A stretch of 62,000 bases of DNA, counting the filler, from Thelocarpon superellum (lineage: Eukaryota), in NCBI GenBank assembly GCA_026025795.1. It is 2 parts of 2 records of this genome, joined end to end, with 100 filler letters (N's around TTAATTAATTAA, not from the genome) between each part and the next. Parts side by side here need not be neighbours in the genome. Positions count along the whole stretch, not along the records: positions 1 to 30,961 come from JAPEUG010000195.1; positions 31,062 to 62,000 come from JAPEUG010000196.1. One strand, written 5' to 3'. A program made the position numbers and the translations under genes. Below the pieces are notes generated by a model. The model searched no databases. It was given only the letters and a program-made list of their open reading frames with translations, and had not been told where the DNA came from. This document shows, one piece after another, positions 25,129 through 37,997 of the stretch. Numbering within the stretch: the first letter of the stretch is position 1; each line of letters begins with the position of its first letter.

Positions 25129-27657
25129 ATGGCCCGAGGCAGAACGACCGGGACGCGGGGGAGGGCGAGGGGCCAACGAAATGGCATGCGTTCCGGCCCG
25201 AGCCCCCGCAATGGTCCTTCAAATCCCCGTACTGCTGCTTTAGAGTACCGGCCCCCTCAGCTCGATCTCGGTCGGTAGTCTCGTGGTTCATCGCGACTTG
25301 AGGTTGCTGACTTTACTACCACGCAGACGGAGGACCCTCGCACTACTCTCTTCGGGATGAAGCCCAGAATACGGGGCGTAGTCAGTCCTTCTGGGCATCC
25401 GACACCAAATTACGACACAACAAGGTCGCTTTCGTGAGCGCGGGTGCAATGGATCCCAAGGTCATTGAGCCCCTTACCAATAACCCTGCGCCGCCTGCGG
25501 TGACGGACTCGGAGATGGCTCTGGCCGGCCTGAAGCTGGACGACAAGGGGCCTTTGGCCGAACCCGACCCTCCGGCATTGGTCGGGGAGACGGCGTGTCT
25601 GGACGCACCACGAGTGATAGGGGAATCGACCACGCCACAATTTATCATTGACGTTGAGCCTTCGCAAGTTCCGCTCGAGACGAGCTTCCCGCCGCCATCC
25701 GTACGCCGTCTCTCGGCCAGTCCATCCGATTCCAGTGAGGATGTTGTTCTCTTCGCGGGCCGCAAAGGGTTGAATGGCAAGTTCAACGAGAAGAATCCGT
25801 CACCGTTGGCATCTCGGAGATCAACCCCTAACCAGTCACGCACGGCGAACGAGGACATTGACCTCAAAGTTCAAAATCTACCTCAGCGATCTGGGGGCTC
25901 AAGCTCGGTATCAACTCAAGCTCTGTCACCTCCACGCGAGGCGGCGAAGTCTACCGACTTGATCGAGATCACCGTGATGGAGACTGCACGCCTATCTCGC
26001 GATGTTCCACTCCCCACGGGATCGATGGACCCCTCCCACCGAACAGGCGGCAGCGATGCGATCCTGGCCGATTACATTGCGAATATGCGAGAAAGTGGAG
26101 CGATGGACGACTTCCTTCCGGGCCAGCAGGCGAATCAGCGTGATCTTGGACCCTCGCCATCTGGGACCGATATGGTACCGAGCGCCCTCCCCGAGCCACA
26201 CCTGCACAAGAACTACGATAGATGGAACTGGGACGCTTCGGCCATCAATGACTTTGATGACCTGAGTACCTCTACCGAGGCCATCGAGGCCGTTGGGGCC
26301 ATCTTGTCAAAGAGAGCGCGATCCAGTGGACTACAGTACCTGGTGGTATTGGCCGGCGATGTGATTGACAATGCGCGCTGGATCTCAGCTGCCTCCTTAT
26401 CCATGCCTGGGGCTACTGAAGTTATACGCCAATTTGAAGACGATGAACGTCTTCTCGCAGAATATGCCGGAGGGTCCGAGGAAATCTCGGACGACGGGAA
26501 GAGTGTGAGCAGCGACGCGGAAAGTGGGCCGGCTCAGGGTGAGGGGAAGCTGGATGACGAAGATGAGGATGTGCTGGACGAGGCCGATCTCCTGCAGCGC
26601 AAGGTCGAGCGAATGACAGACGAAAGGATTGCAAGGCTCCTGGCGAAGCAGGAAGAACTGGGCATGGGGTCGGAGGAGCTCCTGCTGTTTGACGACGACG
26701 ATGAAGCAGAGGCGGACCCAGGGAAAGGCCCTTCCAAGTCGAAGATGACTCATCGTCGGCCATCGCGGAGCTCGAAGAAATCCAAAGCGACACGACCCAT
26801 GGCCGATTTTCCGTCCGCCACATTTCTGGCTGATGCGTATGACAACTTCGATGTCATGGACTGGGAACGTTCCAGCGTGCAGATCACCCCGCGGGGCAAG
26901 AAGAAGGCCCTGCCGTTCCAAGTGTCCGATTCCGAGCTGGAGGCTCAGCTGATCTCGTCATGGACGAAGGACCGCAAGAAAAAGAGCGCTCAGAAACAGG
27001 AGCGAGAGGAGCTTCGGGCCCAGGGACTCCTCGGTAAGAAGAACAACAACCAACCGAAGCTACAGGCCAAGTACGATGAGGGGATGACACTGGAGGATAT
27101 CAAGGATGAGATCCGGGAATTTCTCTTGTCTACAAAGCAATCGTTCGTGTCCCCTTTGTGGTCTTGTGTGAGGGCTCTCCCACTGACCTACCAAATCGCG
27201 TAGGCTCGCGCTGCCACCAATGGACAAGAAGGATCGAAAGATTGTGCACGAGATTGCCAACGCCTTCAACTTGAAGTCCAAGTCCACCGGCGCAGGACGT
27301 GGCCGGTTCCCGACCTTGCTCAAAACGGCACGATCGGCTAAGTATGACGAGAATGCGATCGGTGACCTGGACGCACGCCTCCGCCAGCGGCGTTTCTTTC
27401 CACGCATGGACAAGACGGGGCGGAAAGGCCTTGCGGTACCGAATCGGAATGGCGGAGGCCGCAATGCCGCCGTCTCCTACCGTGATGGCGAAGTGGTGGG
27501 TGCGGCGGCACCGGAGCTGGGGGTCGATAATCGCGGTCGCGCCATGCTCGAAAAGATGGGTTGGAGCACGGGTACGGCGTTGGGGGCCTTGGATAACAAA
27601 GGCATCCTGCAACCCGTGACTCATGTGGTCAAGATCTCCAAGGCTGGTCTCGGCTAG
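25129..27657 (+). CDS. SQS1: Sqs1/Pfa1-like protein with R3H and C-terminal G-patch domains; introns 25271-25326 and 27143-27203
   Basis: LRHNKVAFVSAG and FDVMDWER motifs. R3H region LPPMDKKDRKIVHEIANAFNLKSKSTGAG. G-patch NRGRAMLEKMGWSTGTALGALDNKGILQPV...KAGLG. Confidence 0.9.
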
Positions 27658-28158
27658 CTTGGGTCATTGCTCGGCGCGTGTGGGATAGAAAGATGTTGTA
27701 TGCCTGGACGTGGCCGGCCCCAGCCATCAGTCCAATGAGAATCATAGCCATGGGCATACGACGACATCGACGGAGTTACTTGGGATTGCGTCCATGAGGC
27801 ACGATGCTGGTGGCGCCACTGGTAGGTTCCCATACATGATCCACGTTCGTGAGGCGAACCCAAGCGGTTGGATGGCTGGTAATGAACAGAGATAGACGGG
27901 CCGGGGCGGACCGTATCCTTGGGGACTGGCGATGAGGACGCTCGCCTCATCTTGCTCGGATAGACATGGCACGCTAATGCATCATGTCTCCAATCACACA
28001 GGGATCTTGACATAGTAAGCAGAGAGAAAGCAAACAACACGAGTGAATGCTGGCCATCTGCAGGATGGTGAGACTGTTGTTTGCCATGAACCTAGTTGAC
28101 TTGTATCCTCGCGTTTCTTCTCTCATCGTCCATCATTCCATCCTGCTTCAACCTGGAC

Positions 28159-30791
28159 ATGGCTGGGACCGGGCCCCAGTCTCGTTCCCTGGACTCATTG
28201 CAATCCAGCGAGGAGAGAAGTCTCCTCGATGCCATCGACCAGCTGCGTTCACAAGGCATCAACCATCATGTCTCGCTGCCACAGCTTATCGTCTGCGGCG
28301 ACCAGTCTTCCGGCAAAAGCTCCGTGCTGGAGGCCATCTCTGGCGTCCCCTTTCCCGCCAAAGACAATCTCTGCACCCGTTTCGCAACGGAGCTGATCCT
28401 CCGCCGCACCCATGCCGTCGACATCTCCGTGGCCATTGTGCCCAGTGCGACTCTACCGGAGTCCGAGCGTCAACCGCTGCTGGGCTTCCGTGAGACGCTG
28501 CGGAACTTCGACGACTTTCCCTCGTTACTGGATAAGGCCAAGGAGGCCATGGGCATCTCCGAGACCTCCAGTGCCTTCTCGAACGATGTACTTCGCGTGC
28601 AGATTTCTGGGCCCGACCGTCCACATCTCAGCATCGTCGACCTCCCCGGCTTGATCCATTCCGAGAACAAAGCCCAGTCGAGGGCCGACGTGGAGCTCGT
28701 GTCGGCGATGGTGCAGGGTTACATGGCCAATCCGAGGAGTATTATCTTAGCCGTTGTCTCGGCCAAGAATGACTACGCCAATCAGATTGTACTCAAGCTC
28801 TCCAAGGAGGCCGACTCGAAGGGCCTTCGGACCCTGGGAGTCATCACCAAGCCCGACACGCTGCCCGAAGGTTCCGACAGCGAGCTTGGCTTTGCCAATC
28901 TGGCGAGGAACAAAGACGTCGAGTTTCGTCTGGGTTGGCACGTTCTCAAGAATCGGGACTACAGGTCTCGCGATTGCTCCACCGAGGAGCGTGACCGGGC
29001 CGAGGAGGCCTTCTTCGCAAGTGGCATCTGGAAAGAGCTTCCGCGTGAGATGGTGGCCATTCGGTCGCTCCGACCACGATTGAGCAAGGTGCTCCTGGAC
29101 CACATTCGAGCCGTGCTACCAAGCCTGGTGGCAGAGATTGACAGCAACATCCAGAGTTGTCAGAAGCAGCTGGAGAAGCTGGGAGGTAGTCGTGCAACGC
29201 TGGATGAGCAACGAATGTTCCTCCTGCGCATCAGCCAATTATTTCAACCCCTAGCCAGGGCGGGGATCGATGGTACCTACGGCGACTCCTTCTTCGGTGA
29301 CCCTCTCTCGATTGAGGGCTACAACAAACGCCTTCGATCGGTGATTCAGAACCTCAATCTGGACTTTCAAGAGTCAATGCATACCAAAGGTCATCGATGG
29401 CACATCGTTGATCGAGTTGATCAGCTGGCGACCGCGAATAGGCACGCCTCAAACCACCTCGATGTGCATCCTGAGAAAATCACGCGAGACGACTTCGTCG
29501 ATAAAGTGCGATATCTTCTTCAGCGAAGTCGAGGTCGTGAGCTTCCTGGTATGTTCAATCCTCTGATTGTAGGGGATCTCTTCAACGACCAGTCTCGGCC
29601 GTGGGAAGGCTTGGCTCGGCGGCACATCCTTGCGAGCTGGAAAACTGCTCGCGCCTTTCTGGATCTCGTCATCTCGCATCTGACGGACGAGAACACCGCC
29701 GAGTCGCTTCTGAGAGAGGTCGTCGATCCTCTCATGGACAAGATATCGGCGCAATTGAAAGAGAAGGTCACGGAAGTTCTTATGCCATTTCAAAAAGGCC
29801 ATCCTATCACCTACAACCACTACTTCACAGAGACCATCCAAGCTTTGAGAGAGAAGCGCCTCGAAGAGCAAATGACGACAAGGCTTCGAAAATTTTGGGG
29901 CACGGTCGACTCAAGCACCTCACCGGGCACATCTGATGCGAGAGGGGTCCAAATGAAGGATCTGATCTCGGCATTATCAACGCGCGACGAGCTTGACATG
30001 GACCGTCATGCCTGCGTGGAGTTGCTCGATTGCATGGAGGCTTACTACAAAGTAATCCTTTCAGTATGAAATTCTTCTGAGCTGGGCTGACCTCGTATAC
30101 CACACAGGTCTCACTCAAGACAGTGGTAGACAACATCGCCGCTCAAGCGGTGGAGGCCGTTCTCGTCACCGGTCTCGATGATCTTCTGTCGCCCGCTCTC
30201 GTCATGGAGATGAAGGCCGACGTCGTCAGTCGAATTGCCGCCGAGTCTCAAGAGACTCAGGATCGGCGGATCCAGCTGTCACGAACGCTGACCGAATTAG
30301 AAGCGGGCGCGGCGACGTGCAAACGCTTCGTCGGTCGTAGCCCTTCCAGTAAGCGCGAAGAAAGGGTCACTTAGCATGAGATCATGGCGCTGATCGGTCA
30401 AAGCCCTACAAAGTATTCCGCAGAGGTATATTCCGTCTATGGAATGGGAGACGGATGATGTGGGGTTGCAAACGAGTTCCTCGGCGGCGGAGGCTGCAGA
30501 TTCGGATGAGGTACTCGAATCCTGAGGATCAGCCTGCTCTGAGCTAATGACTCCTCCAAGCAACAGAGGACAGAGCATTTCGAGTCCGCGGCACTCAACG
30601 CAGAGATACAATCTGAGCCTGATACTGCCGCCACTCCTCAGAAAGCCACAAAGTACGGTGCTGTGACCGAGGCGGCCGAGGACACTCCTCCTTCGACAGT
30701 GAAAAACGAGGGTGTCGAAAACGATTGGTCGTCTTCGACACCTCTTCGGCCTAAGAAAGACAAGAAGAAAGGTTCCAATATGTTTCGCTGA
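28159..30791 (+). CDS. Dynamin-superfamily GTPase, Mx-like fungal clade, with GED; introns 30052-30107, about 30349-30402 and about 30511-30560
   Basis: G1 LPQLIVCGDQSSGKSSVLEAI, G2 CTRFAT, G3 IVDLPG, G4 TKPD, RGRELPG and GED YYK|VSLKTVVDNI. The last exons are less certain. Confidence 0.92.
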
Positions 30792-30961
30792 AGAACAGAA
30801 TCTCAGCAGCTTCATGAGGGACCCGTCCTTACAGGACTCTTCCACAATAAGCACGATGCTCGGGATTGATCTTGAGAACCGAGTCCAGACTGAGCATGGA
30901 TCTGCGAAGACATAGCCCAAGGACGCGAAATAGAAACGAGTCCATTCTTTCTTTACAATCT

Positions 30962-31061
30962 NNNNNNNNNNNNNNNNNNNNNNNNNNNNNNNNNNNNNNN
31001 NNNNNTTAATTAATTAANNNNNNNNNNNNNNNNNNNNNNNNNNNNNNNNNNNNNNNNNNNN
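30962..31061. other. Artificial contig-joining spacer (N44 + TTAATTAATTAA + N44)
   Basis: Exactly 100 nt and symmetric. The central palindromic 12-mer places TAA stops in all six frames. Confidence 0.95.
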
Positions 31062-31366
31062 CTATGAGGAAAGAGGAAAAGGAAAGAACCATTCATCACG
31101 ACAGCAATCCTGACACCTTGAGACCCGGTATGCACATCAAAACAGCTGGACAGCGGTAGCGTCGTCGCCTGACGTATTCAAGTCCAAGAAAGCCGCAACG
31201 TAACAGAAAGCCGGAAACAGGAAACAGGAGAGAATCTGGGGGTGTGGCGGGGGGGGAGGAGAAAGGGGAAAAGGAATCGTGCGCCAATCGAAATCAACAT
31301 CAAGCACGTGCGGGATGCGGAAGGCACGAGTCACCGCCCGTCCGACCATGCCCGTTAGTCCGTGGC

Positions 31367-33234
31367 TCAGGCCGTCGCATGGAGTCGACGGCTGATCTCC
31401 GTACCGTCGGCACGCTTGTACTGCATCTTCAACTGTTGGAGCTCGTAGGCGCTATCGAATTCATCCTCATCGTACGACACATGCGGTACCTCGAGACCCG
31501 TCTGTGCCTCGTTCGGCCGCATGCCGTTGCGGAAGGACTGCTCCTGCGGGGTCGCGTTGAATACCGCGCCATACGGCCGCTTCGCCGACCGATTAGGGTC
31601 GGACGGCGCCGGTGGCGGCGGCGCACCGGCGTACGCGCCGTAGAAGCTGTTGCGGCCTTGAGTGCCGTCGTAGCTGGGGCTGGGCTGGCTCGGGCCGGGC
31701 CAGGACGCCGAGGTCGGACCCACGGGAGAGCCGACACTCTCGTACTTGGGCTCCAACGGCATCGGCACCTTGAGCGGCGGTAAAGCCTGCCCGTTGCTGC
31801 CCGGCGTCGGCGTCCGGTGCACCGGAGCGGGTGCGGAGGGCGATGAGCTCGCATACTGTGGCATGCTTGAGGGCGCCCGAGCGTAGTTGGGGTCGGTGTA
31901 GGCGAATCCGTTGGCGGGTGTTGGAGGGCCAGAGTACGAATGCACAATCGACCCCCGCCGCGACGTCGCCGGATGGTCCATGCTATTCTGCCGGCTATGC
32001 TGTCCGGGCACATTGCTTGGCCGGCCCGGCTGCGGGATCGGCGCGTTGGGAAAGTAGGTCATCTGCGGCGGCGGATAGCCCTGCTGCGCTTGCACCATCT
32101 GAGACGGCGTGTTGGAGTATTGCGGCGATGCATACTGCGGACCGGCAGCGCTTCCAAAGGCGAGGTGGGAATATCCATTCGCCAGCGCCTGGGGAGCCAT
32201 GGGCGGCGCGGGCGGCGGTGCCTGCTGATATGTCGGCTGCCCATACGGCCCCGTGGGCTGCTCGTGGAGGGAGTTGCGACGGTGGTCCACATTGTAGGTC
32301 GGAGCGACGTCGATGCTGCCGTTGCTGGGGGACCGGGGGTGCGAGGGCGGCGCGACCATCTGCGGTGCGGGCTGAACCGGGGTGATCTGGTGGTAAGGAT
32401 CCGGGGTCGGCGTCGCCCGGGACCGGGCATACTCGCTCTCGTCCGCGAACTCATCGAGGTGTCGCCCAGACTTCTCCGGGCGACGGCGCATCCGCACATC
32501 GCGTCGGATGCGCACGCGGCACCCTTGCTCCGCCACGACGCGGCTCAGCACGGTGCTCTCGGCGAGGCCTGGAAACTTCTTGGCGCTGTAGACGGTGAAG
32601 GGATTGGATTTGACCTCCAGCCGCCACTCCACATGAGCTTTGGGCGCCAGCGGCCCCAGGATCTTCTTCTTGTTCGACCGGTGATCCGGGTGGTTCCGGG
32701 CCGGCTCGGCGTCGGCATCCTTGGGCTCCTTGACCTCCTCATACAGAGTGAAGCCGAGGCGGTATTTGCCTTCATGACGCACCGACAGATCCGGGAATAG
32801 GAAATATCCAGCCGGGGCGGGGCGATCGAGATACGCCACGCCCGACACGGGCATCCCCGTCAACACCGGAGAGGTGGCCGGCGTCTGCGGCACCCGCCCG
32901 TGCGCGATGGGCCGCGCGTTTTCCAGCGTCGCGAAGAGGAAGAAGTTGGCATTGTACGAAAAGGTGACGTCGTTCATCGCCTCGCCCTCGAAGATGCGGA
33001 GCTCCACGACGGGCGGTGGATCCACGGGCCGTCGGTCGGCAGACGCTGGAGAGCGGGTCAGCGGAGCGTACGGTAGCGAGATGTGGCGGACTGACACTTG
33101 GCCCCGGAGCCACATGCTCGGGCGCGTTCCGGCTGCTGGATGACTTTCAAGTTGTACGTCAACTTCCGGCCCTCCTTGGTCACCCTGGTGGAGGAGCTCC
33201 ATGTGGCGTCGCTGACGGACATGACGCTGCTCAT
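31367..33234 (-). CDS. veA: Velvet regulator VeA, about 605 aa; intron 33046-33095
   Basis: [116 protein letters not shown] and C-terminal MQYKRADG. Confidence 0.97.
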
Positions 33235-36200
33235 CTCTGCCGCTGCGCCCGGATCAAGGGCGCTAGGAAGACGGTGAGACGGAAGCCCACGAGGTGAGTT
33301 CAATCGCTGCTGGACAACAATGACGCGTCAGTCGTTGGACAACAGTGCGGCTCGCATCGAGAACATTTGCAAGCCGGGAAAGGGGGGAGATGTTGCTTCG
33401 GCGGTCTTGGCTGGGGTCGTGCCACGGCAAGGCTCGTCGGCATGGAAGGCGCGTCAATCGAAATTTACTTACGGCTTTCCTGGCTCAAGGTAGAGACTTG
33501 TCCCCAATCGAGGCGACGATGAACGAGACGATGGAAAATGGGTTCGGTCTGGTCATGGTAACGGAATGTCAGCGCCGATCCGACAGGGTTTGGGACGCGA
33601 GGATGGGCTGGGTTTATGAGTGGTATAGCCGACCGTCCACTCCCTCGGGACCGGTCGGCGGGACGAGGACCACAACCGGACGCAGAAGCCGCACGCACCA
33701 CGATGAGAGACCACCCCGTCCAAACCCAGATCGGCGTCGACCGGTGAACACTGGATGAAGTCGGAGCAATCCCAGGCTCGCCGGCCTTTGTCTTCTTGCT
33801 CGCGGTCGGGTTTGCGGGAGGGACGGCGAGGAGGAGAAGGTGGAGCGGATAGGGCGTGCGGTCGCAGCGCGGTCCAAGTGACGTACCCGCGGGCTGGTCG
33901 ATCGCCTCGAAAATCGGCGCGAATCTCGACCCGGTTGTCGCTAGACGACCAGGCCTGAGCGTGGAGCGGTGCGGCGACGAGCAGCGTCCAGCCGCGAGGC
34001 CAACAGGCTCGCGGTGACGGGGAAGGGCGCGGGTGGTCGTCGTGACCACAACGCGGGTGGGATGGGATGAAGAAGAAGCAGACGTCGGAGATGAAAGAGG
34101 AGGCGGTAGTGGTGGTAAGGACGACGGAGGTGCAGAGGTGGCCGTCGACCAGACCAAGCGTGATGGAGCGTGACGGGTCAATCATAGCTGCAGATGCAAT
34201 GGGGTCCCAGGACTGGCGGGCCGCCGCTATTCCTCCCATGACAGACGCACTGGGTTCTGGGTCCACTATTACTGGCGCACCGATGTGTGTGCGATGCAGT
34301 GCCCGTCGCCGGTGCGCGCTGGACCAGGCCTCGTCCTGCCATGGGGATGCCGACCGTACCCAGCCAGACCCGGTACCTCGCCGTGGGTGCAGCTCGGCGG
34401 TGCGGCCGTGTACAGTGCCCATCTCTCCCGTGCCCGAGTGGGGTTAGGGGGGTCCCGGCTTCGCTTCCATTACATTAGCCCTTGCGCGCCGTCGGGTCGG
34501 TGGTGGAGCCGGAGGGGCCGCCAGTGAGGGAGGGCGCGACGGTGGTCGGCTAGGGTGGTGTTACCGTGAGGGCGGAGTGCAGAGCGCCGCCCTTCAGGAG
34601 CCACGAGCGAAGAGCTCAGTAGAGTTCCAGGGAGCTGATGGTCCTACGGGGTGTCTGGGCGTCGCCGCCAATGCACAGGCCGCTACATCGGCGGGCTAGC
34701 CTTCCAGTAGTCGCCCACCCTGGGCGCAGGCGCGAGGGTTAGGATGCGCTCCCACTGGCCGGGAACCTACGCTGCATCTCGCCTCTCGTCTCTCGCCTCT
34801 CGCCTGGCCGACACGGCAGCTTGGGAAGAGGACGTTTCCAAAGGCGAGCGTGGTGGGCCGAGTCCCTTTCAGCAGCAGGTGTTGGACAGCCTCTCGGTTC
34901 CGTGGGCGTGGTGACTCCATCCCCCCACCCTCTCCCAATCCTCTCCCCGGTCGGCCCCGGCAACGGCTGTGTCCACCCGGCGCACGTCCTCTTCACCACC
35001 CAGGCCGGTGGCGTCCGATCGTTGCTCCCCAACCCTGGCGGCTGGCCGACTAGGGTTCTGGCAAGCCTGACCGAAGCCCCCCGACAAGGCGATCGGCGAC
35101 GGCGGCGGGCCGGCTAATCGACTTCCGTCCTTAGCTGCCGATTCCGTGGTCCGGACCAGGATGGGGGTGGCGGCGCGGATCGTGAGGGGCGGCCTGATAG
35201 AGGACGGCACCGTCACCGATGCTGCTGCTCGACCCGCGACTTGTCACGATCCCGATGTTCGCGCCTACTTGCACGAGTATTCGTGGAGAGCAAACGTAGC
35301 CGCTTAATCCAACCCCCATCGCCGATGACCACTGGCGCGGGTTGAGACAGAGTAGACCTGGCGGATCCGGGTACGGCCATGGGACCAAGTACCGAGACCC
35401 GGTTCTCGCCTGAACAATGTCGTGCTCGACGCCGACGGCTACAGTTGCTCTGGGGGCTGCTGAGGGACGTGTATGTGTACTTAAGCGATATGAATACCAC
35501 TGCATAAAATACGGGGAGGTCTCCAATAAAAAGAAATGGGTACGCAATACTGGTAATCATCGCAAGTCCGTGCGAGCCAGATCCACGTCCGAGTCAGGCG
35601 CTGGATCCTCCGACCTCAAGACGTGCATCAACAGGTCTCACGTCCGATCAATGGCACTAGCATCTCGATATTCCCAAAGGGTCCCAAAGGGTCACGACAT
35701 GGCCGTTTTCATCTCGTCATGCTGCAATTGAAGCTCCCCTCTTACGGGTACGCCTGCGAAGTACAAGGCGCGCGTGAGGGGTCTGATGGGCCACCCGCGC
35801 GTGCAAGCCCGTAAACGATTCGCGACAATAACGGTAATTCGTTTGCAAACCGCCGCCAGCGCTCATAGTTCGCGCCCACTTCACACTGTCGCCCTCTCCC
35901 TCTCCCTCTTCCTGTCTCTGTCTCCCTCTCTCTGGCTCCCACTCTGGTCTTCCACTCCTCATCCCGCTCCCTCATTGTGGCGTGCCTGCAGATACCGATC
36001 AGCTCGACGCAGGTCAGTGGCGCACCGCGAGGTGCACGAATGAGCCATTGGAGACCACTGGGCGGCGTAAGGGACTGTGATACGATTTCGCACTTTTGCT
36101 CGGCACGCCGGGCAACCCGTGGAAGCGATAAGCGAAAGTCCACGGTCAACCTCCACGGCGCGAAGACAGACGCCGGCCTTCAACAAGTAGGACCCTTTCT

Positions 36201-36518
36201 TCTCATCGAAGCATTGCAAGTACGTTTCTCGACAAGCTTCGCGTTCGTAGGAGAGACTAGCATACTGCAGCGCCCCTCTGACACGTCTGTTGGGCTCGAA
36301 GTATCTACAAATTGAAGGGAATCCCCACTCCCCCGGCCGAAAAAGCAGTTTGGACCTGATGCCTTCACGACGGCTTCGGCTGCTTGAAGGCCTTGTTTGC
36401 AGAGGTGCTCAGTCGGGACCACATAAGGCAAATGCCGCTCAGTTTCTGACGCCTTCCCTCCCGCTTTCCAAGGGCACAAGCCTCATTGTCACAAGAGCTG
36501 TCGATGCATGACGACAGG

Positions 36519-37997
36519 TCAATCTTTGCATTCATGGGCAAGTTCGGTAATGACATCGCGAATCATGTGGTTCAGCCTCAAGGCACGGCGACACGTAGGG
36601 GGGGGGCGGCCTTTCACGGTTGTAGGCGGCATTTCGGGCAGGCCGTCATTGTTCTGTGACACTATCTGTTCGGCAAGCATCTGGAGTGACTCGCGTTCGG
36701 TTGTTGCATTGGCGCCGAAGCTTTTGAACATCTGCTGCGTGATCTCGAAGTATTTCGGCCATTCTCGGCGAACTTGTTCGGGAACCACTGTCGTGGCGTT
36801 CTGCCACCTCACAGATAAGCTGTTGGCCGCCGCCGCCTCCGGGACGCCGCAGAGGATGGAGGCAACTTGACCACCTTGGGCGGCAGAGAGCTTGGAGCCG
36901 ACCACGTTGCTGAACAGGTGACAGTCGCCTTTTGGCCATAGCCGGCTGTAAATGTCGCTTGCCCTTTCCGACTCGCCAGCGGAGCCTTGGCTGGTAGTGA
37001 GCAGAACCTTATCGCGCTGAACTTTGAATGTTGACTTTCCTGCGATACCAATCAACTGCTGGCCCCGGTCCTTGGGCACGACGAGAGCCCTACCTGGACT
37101 GATGCTGACCACAGCCGCGCTCTCCTGCGCGTCCACCCCGCCATTCTCTTTGAAAGCCTGCATCAGCTCGCTGAGTGTCATAGCTTCGCCTCTCTTGTAA
37201 TGCAGGAGCAAGCAGAACGTATCGAAAGGTTCAAGGTTGAGGTATTCCGCCAGCGCGTACGGAGTCACCAATGTCTTGTTCAGTAAAGAGGAACGTGCCT
37301 CCCCCGGAGGTAGCTGAGGACCGCCCCAGACTGCTTTTAGAATCTCCTCTCCGACGGGGGAAGTATCGAGCGTGGAGTCGGAGTGAGCCAATAGCCGTCG
37401 GTTGCCGGAGTTCACATTGTTCACGATGATGGACGCGATGTTGAATATGGTGCCGAAGAACGCTAATGCCCAACGCTTCGACAACCAGAGTGGATGATCG
37501 GCAGGATCAGCCATCGTGGCCTCATCACACAACTCCGCACAGGCTGAAGGTATAGGGCAGATTGAGGCAAACACAACAGGAAGGCCAATCCCACTCAGGA
37601 GGCAGCCGCCTAGGGATTGGTGCAAGATATCCTGAATAACGACGACGGAGCCAGTCGCAGCAAACCATATGACTCTTGCCAGAGCATGATAGGTCGCAGC
37701 GCTGAGAGCACATTGTCCAGGGGCTGAGCAGACTCCTGTCTCGAGGTCTCGCGGAACAACACTATCCTTTTGCTGTGGCTTATGACGCGGTCGGCTTGTC
37801 TGCGGCACCGCCTTTGCCAGGCTTAGTCGGCCGTCGTAGCGCTCCGTAAGCGGGGGGATGACGTGCTGCACGTCTGCTGTGAGCTTGCCAGGTATGGTGC
37901 CATTCCCGCCTTGCTTGGTCGTGGTTGGCCCGGTCCGGGCAACTTGCCACAAAAGCGATAGCACAACAAGGTCTGCAACACCAACGAGCAGTTTCAT
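36519..37997 (-). CDS. Orphan predicted secreted protein, about 492 aa, with hydrophobic segments and dibasic processing sites
   Basis: Long ORF in a visibly lower-GC zone. ATG at 37997 gives signal-like MKLLVGVADLVVLSLLWQVA. PR, KR and RR sites present. No family recognised. Confidence 0.55.
   Translation of the reverse strand: MKLLVGVADLVVLSLLWQVARTGPTTTKQGGNGTIPGKLTADVQHVIPPLTERYDGRLSLAKAVPQTSRPRHKPQQKDSVVPRDLETGVCSAPGQCALSAATYHALARVIWFAATGSVVVIQDILHQSLGGCLLSGIGLPVVFASICPIPSACAELCDEATMADPADHPLWLSKRWALAFFGTIFNIASIIVNNVNSGNRRLLAHSDSTLDTSPVGEEILKAVWGGPQLPPGEARSSLLNKTLVTPYALAEYLNLEPFDTFCLLLHYKRGEAMTLSELMQAFKENGGVDAQESAAVVSISPGRALVVPKDRGQQLIGIAGKSTFKVQRDKVLLTTSQGSAGESERASDIYSRLWPKGDCHLFSNVVGSKLSAAQGGQVASILCGVPEAAAANSLSVRWQNATTVVPEQVRREWPKYFEITQQMFKSFGANATTERESLQMLAEQIVSQNNDGLPEMPPTTVKGRPPPTCRRALRLNHMIRDVITELAHECKD

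Noticed and set aside
33345..36500. Many overlapping ORFs upstream of veA
   Set aside because: Arg/Pro/Ser-rich translations typical of GC-rich non-coding or UTR sequence, with no domain motifs.
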